IMG/VR virus record: IMGVR_UViG_2778261394_000010
Strand: one strand, 5' to 3'
Source: a virus
Taxonomy: Duplodnaviria; Heunggongvirae; Uroviricota; Caudoviricetes
Length of the DNA: 48,921 nucleotides
Position numbers and translations under genes: made by a program. Below the pieces are notes generated by a model. The model had not been told where the DNA came from. It did no database searches and saw only the letters and a program-made list of their open reading frames with translations. Shown one piece after another: positions 1 to 11,929 of the stretch (position 1 is its first letter; each line of letters starts with the position of its first letter).

Positions 1-2670
<2,670 letters not shown>

Positions 2671-2727
2671 TCACGCTCCATAAACGACAAAACCGCCCGC
2701 AGGCGGTTTCACATAAAACATTCTGCA

Positions 2728-3399
2728 TCAGCGACCAATCACCACAACCTGACCACCGTCCCCTTCGTCTGCCGTGCTGATCTCCTGAGAAACCACGCGT
2801 GACCCCACGCGCATTTCCCCGTACAGAACAGGCAGAACATTGCCCTGGGCAACCATGTTATCCAGTGAGGAGAAATAGGTGTTCTGCTTACCGTTATCCG
2901 TTGTCTGTGTACGGGGAGTTCTGGCTTTCGGTGCCAGCATCTGCGCCACACCACCAAGTACCATACTGGCACCGAGAGAAAACAGGATACTGGTCATACC
3001 ACCGGCCCCAATGGCTGCCCCCCATGCTGCAAGGGTGGCTCCGGCAGTAAAGAATGATCCGGCAATGGCGGCAGCCCCCAGAACAATCTGGAATACGCCC
3101 CCTGACTTGGCCCCGGCGACTCTGGGAACAATATGAATCACAGCGCCGTCAGGCAGAACCTCATGTAACTGCGCCGTCAATCCGGACGTGCTGACGTCCC
3201 GCCCGGAAATCCGTACCTGATACCAGCCGTCGCTCAGTTTCTGACGAAACGCCGGGAGCTGTGTGGCCAGCGCCCGGATGGCTTCAGCCCCCGTTTTCAC
3301 ACGAAGGTCGATGCGGCGGCCAAATCGTTGTAAATCCCCGTAAAGGCAGATGCGCGCCATGCCCGGTGACGCCAGAGGGAGTGTGTGCGTCGCTGCCAT
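2728..3399 (-). CDS. I: Tail assembly protein I
   Basis: 223-aa ORF MAATHTLPLASPGMARICLYGDLQRFGRR… matches lambda gpI in length and sequence; overlaps K 3' end as in lambda. Confidence 0.9.
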   Translation of the reverse strand: MAATHTLPLASPGMARICLYGDLQRFGRRIDLRVKTGAEAIRALATQLPAFRQKLSDGWYQVRISGRDVSTSGLTAQLHEVLPDGAVIHIVPRVAGAKSGGVFQIVLGAAAIAGSFFTAGATLAAWGAAIGAGGMTSILFSLGASMVLGGVAQMLAPKARTPRTQTTDNGKQNTYFSSLDNMVAQGNVLPVLYGEMRVGSRVVSQEISTADEGDGGQVVVIGR

Positions 3400-4040
3400 T
3401 TGTCGGTATACCTCTCTCGTTTGCTCAGTTGTTCAGGAATATGGTGCAGCAGCTCGCCGTCACCACAGTAAATGGCGGCATGATTCGGCACCGATGAACC
3501 AAAACAGCACAGCAGCACATCGCCCGGCTGTGCCGCTGACAACGGCACCTGATACAGCCCTGTGGCCTCCAGATTATCCAGATAGAGATTCTGGCCGTGA
3601 CGCCACCAGTCATCCCCGCGATGAAAATTCGGCATCTCAATCCCCGCCAGATGATAAGCATCCCGGAACAGCGTGTAACAGTCCGTCACCCCGTGCTCAA
3701 AGCGCCGCCCGGTGAGATGCGGCACACAGCGGAACTTATGAATCGCCCCCCGGCAGACCAGCAACCACGGCAAATCACTCTGCACCTGCAGCCGCCGGTC
3801 AGCCTCACTCAGCCAGGGCAGACCACCGGGGTGGCTGTGGACCAGCGCCACAATCTCACCCTGCATTTCTGCCTGCAGCCAGTCCTCCGGAGCCATCCGG
3901 AAATAATCCTCCGGCTCACCGGAAATATTCACGCAGGGAAAATATCTTTCCCCCTCCGGCGTTCTCACCACGAAGCCGCACGACTCCGCTGGCGCACATC
4001 GCCGGGCGTGCGCCAGAATCGCTGATTCTGTCTCTGTCAT
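3297..4040 (-). CDS. K: Tail assembly protein K
   Basis: Internal ATG at 4038-4040 gives MTETESAILAHARRCAPAESCGFVV…, lambda gpK-like; starts 5 nt after the L stop. Exact start relative to the lambda annotation is uncertain. Confidence 0.8.
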   Translation of the reverse strand: MTETESAILAHARRCAPAESCGFVVRTPEGERYFPCVNISGEPEDYFRMAPEDWLQAEMQGEIVALVHSHPGGLPWLSEADRRLQVQSDLPWLLVCRGAIHKFRCVPHLTGRRFEHGVTDCYTLFRDAYHLAGIEMPNFHRGDDWWRHGQNLYLDNLEATGLYQVPLSAAQPGDVLLCCFGSSVPNHAAIYCGDGELLHHIPEQLSKRERYTDKWQRRTHSLWRHRAWRASAFTGIYNDLAAASTFV

Positions 4041-4044
4041 GGGA

Positions 4045-4743
4045 TTACTGCGAAAGTTTGTTAATGGAAAGGAAGCCGCCAAAGTTGCCGACGTTATTGC
4101 GGAACTTACAGCCACTCAGGCATTTGCTGCATTTATCCTTCGTGATATCGGACGTCGGCTGGTCATATTCATCCGCGACAGCCGGACCGCTATAACCGCA
4201 CTCGTCACCGCGATAGGTCCAGGTGCAGGTGTTGGCCAGCATGATACGTCCCGGAAAAACAGCGCCATCCGTTTCCGTCGGCGTGGACAGTACAAAGGAG
4301 GCACTCACCGCGCTCAGTTCGCTGCACTGCTCGATGCGCCAGCGGCTGATCACCTCCTGCTCCGGATCGGCGTCACTGTTTCCGTTGACGAAGTTCACCG
4401 CATCCAGAAAACGGGCGTAAACCTTACGCCGGACCACCGTTCCGCCGACCAGACTCTGCAGATCTTCCGCCATCCCGGTGACCATACCGTACAGGTTAGA
4501 AACCGTCAGCGTGGGGCGCGTACTGGTGCCTTTGCCATTCAGTTCAAAACCGCTCCCCTGAATGGGATACGGCTGATACTGTCGCCCCTGCCAGGTGACC
4601 GGCTCACCTTTTTCGTTCTGCTCATTACAGAAAAAATAACGTTCTCCACCGACCTCTGTCAGGTCGATTTCCCAGAGCACCACGCTGGCCGACTGCTCCG
4701 CACGGGTGCATTCATTCAGTGTTTCCTGCCGGATATCCTGCAT
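4045..4743 (-). CDS. L: Minor tail protein L
   Basis: 232-aa ORF MQDIRQETLNECTRAEQSASVVLWEIDLTEVGGERYFFCNE… matches lambda gpL. Confidence 0.92.
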   Translation of the reverse strand: MQDIRQETLNECTRAEQSASVVLWEIDLTEVGGERYFFCNEQNEKGEPVTWQGRQYQPYPIQGSGFELNGKGTSTRPTLTVSNLYGMVTGMAEDLQSLVGGTVVRRKVYARFLDAVNFVNGNSDADPEQEVISRWRIEQCSELSAVSASFVLSTPTETDGAVFPGRIMLANTCTWTYRGDECGYSGPAVADEYDQPTSDITKDKCSKCLSGCKFRNNVGNFGGFLSINKLSQ

Positions 4744-5072
4744 CAGTTCACCACCTGTTCAAACTCTGCGCTGAACTCAACACGCAGCATACTGACCCGC
4801 GACGACCATTTTGCGCAGGTCACCTTTATCTGCCGCCACTCATAAGGCGGCGTCCACAGAAAGGATTTCCAGCCCCCGTGCTCTTCCAGAAACGACTCCA
4901 GTACCGTGGCCTCCTCACGGGGGACAGAAAGCGTCACGCTGTACGTTTTCAGGTTGGCATTCAGCCCGGCAGGCGCTCGCTGGGAATAGCCATCACCAAA
5001 GCGCACCTTTCTTACAGAAGGGGCCGAAGCCACATCCATACCGGGTTTCACTTTCCAGCGGAAGGTCTTCAT
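4743..5072 (-). CDS. M: Minor tail protein M
   Basis: 109-aa ORF MKTFRWKVKPGMDVASAPSVRKVRFGDGYSQRAP… matches lambda gpM; overlaps the L start. Confidence 0.92.
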   Translation of the reverse strand: MKTFRWKVKPGMDVASAPSVRKVRFGDGYSQRAPAGLNANLKTYSVTLSVPREEATVLESFLEEHGGWKSFLWTPPYEWRQIKVTCAKWSSRVSMLRVEFSAEFEQVVN

Positions 5073-7630
5073 CGTCCACCTCCGGAGAACAGGCCACCAT
5101 CACGCATCTGTGTCTGAATTTCATCACGGGCACCCTTGCGGGCCATGTCATACACCGCCTTCAGAGCAGCCGGACCTATCTGCCCGTTCGTGCCGTCGTT
5201 GTTAATCACCACATGGTTATTCTGCTCAAACGTCCCGGACGCCTGCGACCGGCTGTCTGCCATGCTGCCCGGTGTACCGACATAACCGCCGGTGGCATAG
5301 CCGCGCATCAGCCGGTAAAGATTCCCCACGCCAATCCGGCTGGTTGCCTCCTTCGTGAAGACAAACTCACCACGGTGAACAATCCCCGCTGGCTCATATT
5401 TGCCGCCGGTTCCCGTAAATCCTCCGGTTGCAAAATGGAATTTCGCCGCAGCGGCCTGAATGGCTGTACCGCCTGACGCGGATGCGCCGCCACCAACAGC
5501 ACCGCCAATGGCGCTGCCGATACTCCCGACAATCCCCACCATTGCCTGCTTAAGCAGAATTTCTGTCATCATGGACAGCACGGAACGGGTGAAGCTGCGC
5601 CAGTTCTGCTCACTGCCGGTCAGCATCGCCGCCATATTCTGTGCAATACCATCAAAGGTCTGCGTGGCTGCACTTTTTACCTGCGACATACTGTCCGTGG
5701 CGCTCTCTTCCCACTCACTCCAGCCGGACTTCAGGCCTGCCATCCAGCTCCCGCGAAGCTGGTCTTCAGCCGCCCAGGTCTTTTTCTGCTCTGACATGAC
5801 GTTATTCAGCGCCAGCGGATTATCGCCATACTGTTCCTTCAGGCGCTGTTCCGTGGCTTCCCGTTCTGCCTGCCGGTCAGTCAGCCCCCGGCTTTTCGCA
5901 TCAATGGCGGCCCGTTTTGCCCGTTGCTGCTGTGCGAATTTATCCGCCTGCTGCGCCAGCGCGTTCAGGCGCTCCTGATACGTAACCTTGTCGCCAAGTG
6001 CAGCCAGCTGGCGTTTGTACTCCAGCGTCTCATCTTTATGCGCCAGCAGGGATTTCTCCTGTGCAGACAGCTGGCGACGTTGCGCCGCCTCCTCCAGTAC
6101 CGCGAACTGACTCTCCGCCTTCCACAAATCCCGGCGCTGCTGGCTGATTTTCTCATTTGCTCCGGCATGCTTCTCCAGCGTCCGGAGTTCTGCCTGAAGC
6201 GTCAGCAGGGCAGCATGAGCACTGTCTTCCTGACGATCGCCCGCAGACACCTTCACGCCGGACTGTTTCGGCTTTTTCAGCGTCGCTTCATAATCCTTTT
6301 TCGCCGCCGCCATCAGCGTGTTGTAATCCGCCTGCAGGATTTTCCCGTCTTTCAGTGCCTTGTTCAGTTCTTCCTGACGGGCGGTATATTTCTCCAGCGG
6401 CGTCTGCAGCCGTTCGTAAGCCTTCTGCGCCTCTTCGGTATATTTCAGCCGTGACGCTTCGGTATCGCTCTGCTGCTGCGCATTTTTGTCCTGTTGAGTC
6501 TGCTGCTCAGCCTTCTTTCGGGCGGCTTCAAGCGCAAGACGGGCCTTTTCACGATCATCCCAGTAACGCGCCCGCGCTTCATCGTTAACAAAATAATCAT
6601 CCTTGCGCAGATTCCAGATGTCGTCTGCTTTCTTAAACGCAGCCTCTGCCTTAATCAGCATCTCCTGCGCGGTATCAGGACGACCAATATCCAGCACCGC
6701 ATCCCACATGGATTTGAATGCCCGCGCAGTCCTGTCTGCCCAGGTCTCCAGCGTGCCCATGTTCTCTTTCAGGCGGCGGGTCTGGTCATCAAACCCTTTC
6801 GTTGCGGCCTCGTTCGCCGCCTGCAATGCCCCGGCTTCATCGCCGGAACGCTGCAACTGAGCAACATACGCAATCTGCTCCGCCGTCACGTTATGGAACT
6901 GGCGTGCCATCACCGTCAGCCCCGACGTCGGGTCTGTGGTCAGCTTCCCGAAGGCTTCAGCGACCTTGTCCACCTCCACGCCGGATGCAGAGGAGAAACG
7001 CGCCACACTCTGGCTGATGGACGCAATCTGAGCCTCACCGCTTACCCCCGCCTTAACCAGTGCGCTGAGTGACTCGCTGGTCTGGTTAAACGTCAGCCCT
7101 GCCGCCTGCCCGGCTCTGGACAAGACCAGCATACGATCTGCCGTCAGTCCCGCCTGATTGCCGGAAAGGACCAGCGTTTTGTTGAAATCGGACAGGGTTG
7201 AGTTGCCCTGATACCAGGCATACGCCAGCGCACCGGTCGCCACCGCCAGCGAGGTGGCCCCCACCATCGGCAGGGTGATCGCACCGGCAAGCCCCCTGAA
7301 CATGGGGATCATCCCGCCGAAGGAGTCCTTCACCTGCCCCCCCTGTTGCAGCAGGATCAGCCACGGACTTTGCCCGCCTGCAAGCTGCGTGGCCACGTCG
7401 GTGAACTGTGCAGGCAGCATACGCATGCCGGCTTTATACTGCCCGACGGAAATCCCCGCTTTCTGTGCAGCCAGCGCCTGTCGGCTCAGCGACTGTTCAA
7501 CGACTGCCGCTGTTTTTTTCGCATCACTTTCCGTACCGAAAAAATGACGCCTGACTCTGGCCATCTGCTCGTCAAATCTGGCCGCATCCAGACTCAAATC
7601 AACGACCAGATCGCCTACCGGTTCAGCCAT
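5069..7630 (-). CDS. H: Tail tape measure protein H
   Basis: 853-aa ORF, coiled-coil rich, with the glycine-rich segment GGAVGGGASASGGTA; same length and position as lambda gpH. Confidence 0.95.
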   Translation of the reverse strand: MAEPVGDLVVDLSLDAARFDEQMARVRRHFFGTESDAKKTAAVVEQSLSRQALAAQKAGISVGQYKAGMRMLPAQFTDVATQLAGGQSPWLILLQQGGQVKDSFGGMIPMFRGLAGAITLPMVGATSLAVATGALAYAWYQGNSTLSDFNKTLVLSGNQAGLTADRMLVLSRAGQAAGLTFNQTSESLSALVKAGVSGEAQIASISQSVARFSSASGVEVDKVAEAFGKLTTDPTSGLTVMARQFHNVTAEQIAYVAQLQRSGDEAGALQAANEAATKGFDDQTRRLKENMGTLETWADRTARAFKSMWDAVLDIGRPDTAQEMLIKAEAAFKKADDIWNLRKDDYFVNDEARARYWDDREKARLALEAARKKAEQQTQQDKNAQQQSDTEASRLKYTEEAQKAYERLQTPLEKYTARQEELNKALKDGKILQADYNTLMAAAKKDYEATLKKPKQSGVKVSAGDRQEDSAHAALLTLQAELRTLEKHAGANEKISQQRRDLWKAESQFAVLEEAAQRRQLSAQEKSLLAHKDETLEYKRQLAALGDKVTYQERLNALAQQADKFAQQQRAKRAAIDAKSRGLTDRQAEREATEQRLKEQYGDNPLALNNVMSEQKKTWAAEDQLRGSWMAGLKSGWSEWEESATDSMSQVKSAATQTFDGIAQNMAAMLTGSEQNWRSFTRSVLSMMTEILLKQAMVGIVGSIGSAIGGAVGGGASASGGTAIQAAAAKFHFATGGFTGTGGKYEPAGIVHRGEFVFTKEATSRIGVGNLYRLMRGYATGGYVGTPGSMADSRSQASGTFEQNNHVVINNDGTNGQIGPAALKAVYDMARKGARDEIQTQMRDGGLFSGGGR

Positions 7631-8461
7631 ACCGGACTCCTCCTGCGATCCCTTCTGATACTGTCATCAGCATTACGTCATCCTCCGTCATGTCCGCCAC
7701 ATCCGGGGAAGTAGGGATAACTTCATTCCCGTCCGGGCCAAAGCGGACACCTCCGGCAAGCCCTGCCGCTTTCTGCATCAGCACATCATCTTCAGGCTCT
7801 TCGTCAGCCTCGCGCCGGTTCAGCAGACTGAAATCCAGCGGATGCATATCCGGATCGCTGAAAAACAGGCTGAGTACGGTGTACGTCAGCCCGGAAAAGT
7901 GCATATCCAGCAGAACATCATGAAAATAATGGGTACTGTAAAAGCGGTGCCAGTCGGCATACTCCGTGGATGACATCCCGGCAAGCATGGCACGCCAGTC
8001 GGGTCGCCCCATCTCGCGCGCCAGTTTCAGGGCAAAACTCAGCTCACCGTCGAACACTTTCCCGCAGAAACAGGCTCTGCAGGCCCGGCGTCCTCTGCCT
8101 GATCAGGGGCATCATTCACCACAAACTCATACATTCCGGACAGCCGGTACACCACGTTTTCAGCATGAGAAATTGCCTCCGTGGGCCAGGTGGTAAGCAC
8201 TTCCTGCTCAATCTGTTTAACGGCTTCATTCATGGACGGCATCTGCGTCTTCTGCGGATGGTTATGCCAAAGGGACATCGCCACCAGAAACGCGCCGGTT
8301 CTGATGGCGTCTTCCACAGTAAACTTCCGGTTGCTGTCTGACTCCGCCTGTTCTGCCTGCCGTTTCATCAGGGCGAGATGCTCAATGCGCTGCAGGGCTG
8401 ACAGTTCAGAAAGCGTGACGGTCACACCGTTATGTTCAAATGATTCGGTTTTCAGGAACAT
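7623..8461 (-). CDS. T: Tail assembly chaperone G-T, product of programmed -1 ribosomal frameshift (G frame to 8057, then T frame to 7623)
   Basis: T-frame ORF 7623..8057 (VFDGELSFALKLAREMGRPDWRAMLAGMSS…) has no independent start and overlaps the G 3' end; the slippery heptamer sits at the overlap, as in lambda G-T. Confidence 0.8.
8039..8461 (-). CDS. G: Tail assembly chaperone G
   Basis: 140-aa ORF MFLKTESFEHNGVTVTLSELSALQRIEHLALMKR…AGKCSTVS matches lambda gpG. Confidence 0.92.
   Translation of the reverse strand: MFLKTESFEHNGVTVTLSELSALQRIEHLALMKRQAEQAESDSNRKFTVEDAIRTGAFLVAMSLWHNHPQKTQMPSMNEAVKQIEQEVLTTWPTEAISHAENVVYRLSGMYEFVVNDAPDQAEDAGPAEPVSAGKCSTVS
8057..8063 (-). promoter_or_regulatory. 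Slippery heptanucleotide G GGA AAG for the G/G-T -1 frameshift
   Basis: Minus-strand sequence GGGAAAG lies in G codons 134-135 (Gly-Lys), five codons before the G stop; plus strand reads ctttccc. Confidence 0.8.
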
Positions 8462-8476
8462 CGCTGACTCTCCGGA

Positions 8477-9217
8477 TTAACTGGCGGTGACGGTAATTTC
8501 TGCAACCGCAGCAAACTCACCATTACCGGATACAACCGGAATGTTGACCTTGCCTGCAGCAACGCCGTTCACGGTGATGGTCATACCACTGACCGACACG
8601 GTGGCTTTTGTTTTATCCGCAGACACCGCACGAAAGCTCTTGTCGGTTACGCCCTCCGGCTGGAAGGCCACGGTCAGCGTGGTGCTCTGCCCTTTCACCA
8701 CCGAGGTGCTGGCAGGCGTCACGGTCATGCCGGTTGCCGCTGTTACCGTGCTGCGATCTTCTGCCATCGACGGACGTCCCACATTGGTGACTTTCACCGT
8801 GCGGGTGATCACTTCCTTCGCCGTCACCGCCTTACCGATACTGCTGACCCAGCCACGGAACACATCGACCGTGCCGTTCGGGAAGCGGATTTTATAGGCA
8901 CGGGTATCACCTTCATTAAACCACGCCAGCAGCGCCTGCTGCCCCTGCTCTCCGGGCATCCACGCCAGCGTGAAGCTGGTATCTCCGGCGGATTTCTGAC
9001 CCTGCCCGGTCGCGGTCCAGTCCGCATCTTCATCATCGAGATAACTGTCGTCATAGGACTCAGCGGTCAGTTCGCCGGGCGTCAGGTCTTTAACTTTAGC
9101 CAGACGCGACCAGTCAACGTCTGAAAGCGGGTTCGCATAAGGGTCGCCGCTCCCGTTATAAACCCACAGGGTGGTTCCGGCACCTTTCACCGGCATTGTA
9201 GGATTTGGTACAGGCAT
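8477..9217 (-). CDS. V: Major tail protein V
   Basis: ATG at 9215-9217 gives [20 protein letters not shown]…, 246 aa, matching lambda gpV; the ORF track extends 10 codons upstream to an earlier Met. Confidence 0.92.
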   Translation of the reverse strand: MPVPNPTMPVKGAGTTLWVYNGSGDPYANPLSDVDWSRLAKVKDLTPGELTAESYDDSYLDDEDADWTATGQGQKSAGDTSFTLAWMPGEQGQQALLAWFNEGDTRAYKIRFPNGTVDVFRGWVSSIGKAVTAKEVITRTVKVTNVGRPSMAEDRSTVTAATGMTVTPASTSVVKGQSTTLTVAFQPEGVTDKSFRAVSADKTKATVSVSGMTITVNGVAAGKVNIPVVSGNGEFAAVAEITVTAS

Positions 9218-9224
9218 AGCGTCC

Positions 9225-9620
9225 TCACATTTCATAGGTAATGACATAAGTCAGATCGGCAGAACTCCACAGGCCCGCATCATCGTCGCGCCGGTAGTCA
9301 TAGCCGCTGGCCACCATACTGGTGATCAAATCTGACAGTGCCGGGATATCGCTCATCACCGGATAAATCCGGGACTCCATCCACGCATCCAGCTCTGAAT
9401 CCGGCACCTGAGCAGGCAGGAAAACTTCGATATGCAGCTCCGCCTGCCAGGTATCGCTGTCCAGCTCTTCGCCCGTGTATTCAGCGCCGGTGAGATAAAC
9501 GGCAACTGCCGGAAAATCCGCCTCATCAAAAACAGCGGGGCGACCATCAAAAAACGTCGTCCCGGTGTCATGCTTCTCCAGTGCATCCAGTACGGCTGCA
9601 CGGAGTTCAGTATGTTTCAT
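9225..9620 (-). CDS. U: Tail terminator protein U
   Basis: 131-aa [23 protein letters not shown]… matches lambda gpU. Confidence 0.92.
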   Translation of the reverse strand: MKHTELRAAVLDALEKHDTGTTFFDGRPAVFDEADFPAVAVYLTGAEYTGEELDSDTWQAELHIEVFLPAQVPDSELDAWMESRIYPVMSDIPALSDLITSMVASGYDYRRDDDAGLWSSADLTYVITYEM

Positions 9621-10195
9621 CGCTTTATTACCATCCTCAGTTGATGCTGCAGCGCATAGCCCAGCTCTTTCGGAAGACGCTCACGCCGTATCCGCTCAAT
9701 ATTCTGTTTAAACGCCGTGGTCAGCGGCACCGCCATCGGGATTTTCACCACATCAATGGGGTAACGATTTTTCCCGGCCACACGCTGCATGACATGCCAG
9801 CGGCCATTTTTCAGTTGCTGAATAAACGCGCCGGGAATACGACGGTTTCCCACCACAAGCACGCTGCCGCCACCTTTCAGGGCTGAACGCTGCCCCTTTT
9901 TACGACGCCTGCGTCGGGACAGGACAATCCGCGCGTTACCCAGCTTTATTACGGGCAAATCCCCCCGGTTAACCTTGATTTTGGCCTGCGGATTTTTGAC
10001 CGTGGCCCTTTTCAGCCTGGCCCTTTCCTTTACCAGTTTCCGGCGTACCTTTGTCTCACGGGCAACCTGTGACGCCGACTGCGATATCGCGGATGAAGCA
10101 ACGCGGTTAATGGCCATTGCGGCGGCACCGGGCACCGCCGTTCTGCTGATACGGCTGAGGTTTTCAACGGCCTGCTCAAGACCTTTTATGGCCAT
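9617..10195 (-). CDS. Z: Tail completion protein Z
   Basis: 192-aa ORF MAIKGLEQAVENLSRIS… with an RRRRRKKGQR stretch, matching lambda gpZ. Confidence 0.92.
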   Translation of the reverse strand: MAIKGLEQAVENLSRISRTAVPGAAAMAINRVASSAISQSASQVARETKVRRKLVKERARLKRATVKNPQAKIKVNRGDLPVIKLGNARIVLSRRRRRKKGQRSALKGGGSVLVVGNRRIPGAFIQQLKNGRWHVMQRVAGKNRYPIDVVKIPMAVPLTTAFKQNIERIRRERLPKELGYALQHQLRMVIKR

Positions 10196-10206
10196 ACATC
10201 CCCCTT

Positions 10207-10560
10207 TCAGCGGCGACGGTTAACGGCAGGCGGTACGCCCCGCCCAAGCCAGAGATGACAGCTTCCGCCATCATCCGGCGAAATCCGATCTACCCAGAAA
10301 TTTTCCTCACCGATGGTCAGCGTGTCTCCACGCCGCAGCTGCCGCACCTCATCAGTCCGGACAAACAGGGACGGGCTGGAGCCTTCAACGCGCACGCCCT
10401 GTCCGGCATAGCTGATATTTTCAGGGTCATCAAAAACACCACGTATCACCGCACCTGACTGCTCACCGGATGTAATGGTGGCTGACGTTCCCATGTACCC
10501 GCGTATCGTTTCATCGGCGCGGGCAATGGCAGCATCGAACAGGTTATCGAAATCAGCCAC
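10207..10560 (-). CDS. FII: Head-tail connector protein FII
   Basis: 117-aa ORF MADFDNLFDAAIARADETIRGYMGTSATITSG… matches lambda gpFII. Confidence 0.92.
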   Translation of the reverse strand: MADFDNLFDAAIARADETIRGYMGTSATITSGEQSGAVIRGVFDDPENISYAGQGVRVEGSSPSLFVRTDEVRQLRRGDTLTIGEENFWVDRISPDDGGSCHLWLGRGVPPAVNRRR

Positions 10561-10571
10561 AGCGCCTCCCG

Positions 10572-10970
10572 TTATTGCATTCTGGCCAGGCCGCGCTCTG
10601 TCATTTCGGCTGCCACACCGGCAGAGACACGAAACGCCGTTCCCGGCAGCACAAATGCCACAGGTTCATCCCGCGTGGCGTGAAGTGCATCAGTATGCAG
10701 CTTCACCAGTGCCACGACCGTGACCAGTTCAGACGTATCCAGAATCACGGTATCCGGCTGCGCTGATCCCACCTCATTTTCATGTCCGGTCAGCACATTT
10801 TCCCGGCTGAGAGGGGTGTCCTGACCGGCAGTTTCATCCGTGTCATCAAGCTCCTCTTCCAGCTCTGCCACACGGAGCGCCAGTTCTTCTTTCGTCCCCC
10901 TCAGGCTGACATCACGGTTCAGTTGTTCACCCAGCGAGCGGAGACGGGCAATCAGTTCATCTTTCGTCAT
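10572..10970 (-). CDS. FI: DNA-packaging / head assembly protein FI
   Basis: ATG at 10968-10970 gives MTKDELIARLRSLGEQLNRDVS…, 132 aa, lambda gpFI; 41-nt gap to the E stop as in lambda. Confidence 0.9.
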   Translation of the reverse strand: MTKDELIARLRSLGEQLNRDVSLRGTKEELALRVAELEEELDDTDETAGQDTPLSRENVLTGHENEVGSAQPDTVILDTSELVTVVALVKLHTDALHATRDEPVAFVLPGTAFRVSAGVAAEMTERGLARMQ

Positions 10971-11011
10971 GGACTCCTCCACAGAGAAACAATGGCCCCG
11001 AAGGGCCATGA

Positions 11012-11802
11012 TTACGCCAGTTGTACGGACACGAACTCATCAGGGTCAGCCAGCAGCATCAGCGGTGCTGACTGAATCATGGTGAACTCACGCGCCGGAT
11101 CGCCGGTGGTCACCCAGTTTTTCGGGTAACGGGCAGAGGCGTTAATGCCTTCGCGCTGTGCGTCCGCATCCTGAATGCAGCCATAGGTGCGCAGACCGCG
11201 TGCCTGAGTGTTCCCCAGCACCATCGTGTTGTCCGGCAGGAAGTTCTTTTTGACGCCGTTTTCCACGTACTGTCCGGAATACACGACGATGGCCACATCG
11301 CCATACATCCCCTTATAGGACACCGCTTTACCTAGGTCTTTCACCGCTGTCTCCAGCTCGGAATTAGAGCCACGACGGGTATCCAGCTTTTCCTTGACGG
11401 CTTTGAAGGAACGGAACAGCGCCCAGCCTTTCGGATCAAACACGATGATATTCACCACACCGCTGGCGTTCAGCGCGTAGGCTTCGATATCGTCGGTCGG
11501 GTCATACGTGGACTTGTCACGCTTGCTCCACTCCGTGCCGCCGGACTGCGTGATGTTATTCTCCTCACTGCGGCCCATATCCACCTCAACCGGATCGAAG
11601 GCTTCACCGGTCATGGTGTATTTGCCCTTAAGCACGGCAGAAACTGCCTGCATCTCTTCGACCTGAGCAATGGCCAGCTCTTCGTCACGCATGTTCTGCA
11701 TGATGATGCGACGGCGGCGGTAAGCCGGGTCCGCCAGATTCTGCGGATCTTCATCCGGCAGGCGACGCAGGGTCATCTGCGGATTCACTTCATGCTTCGG
11801 CT
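11012..11802 (-). pseudogene. E: Major capsid protein E, 3' fragment (codons ~83-341), separated from its 5' part by the inserted element
   Basis: Frame reads …PKHEVNPQMTLRRLPDEDPQNLADP… to the normal E C-terminus (…DEFVSVQLA); an in-frame TAG immediately upstream at 11801-11803 marks the insertion junction. Confidence 0.9.
11793..11802. repeat. Left junction core of inserted element (TGCTTCGGCT; rc AGCCGAAGCA)
   Basis: Identical 10-mer recurs at 22723..22732; E-derived sequence is continuous across the two copies once the intervening 10.9 kb is removed. Confidence 0.85.
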
Positions 11803-11874
11803 ACATGAGTCAAATATGAAAGGAACTGAATGATTTTTAATGAAATAAATGGCTCTCTCTATCAAAATACAGCT

Positions 11875-11900
11875 AAAAAGCAATACACGTAGCAATACAG
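11875..11900. repeat. 26-bp terminal direct repeat, left copy (aaaaagcaatacacgtagcaatacag)
   Basis: Near-identical copy (aaaaagcaatacaagctgcaatacag) at 22570..22595 just inside the right junction; contains tandem GCAATACA half-sites. Confidence 0.6.
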
Positions 11901-11929
11901 CGCTTCGCAAAGGTATGTCACTATATCTA

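Noticed and set aside
5460-7072. Several plus-strand ORFs of 170-190 aa overlapping the tape measure gene
   Set aside because: All antisense to the 853-aa H gene; repetitive Ala/Arg/Ser composition mirrors the H coiled-coil codons.
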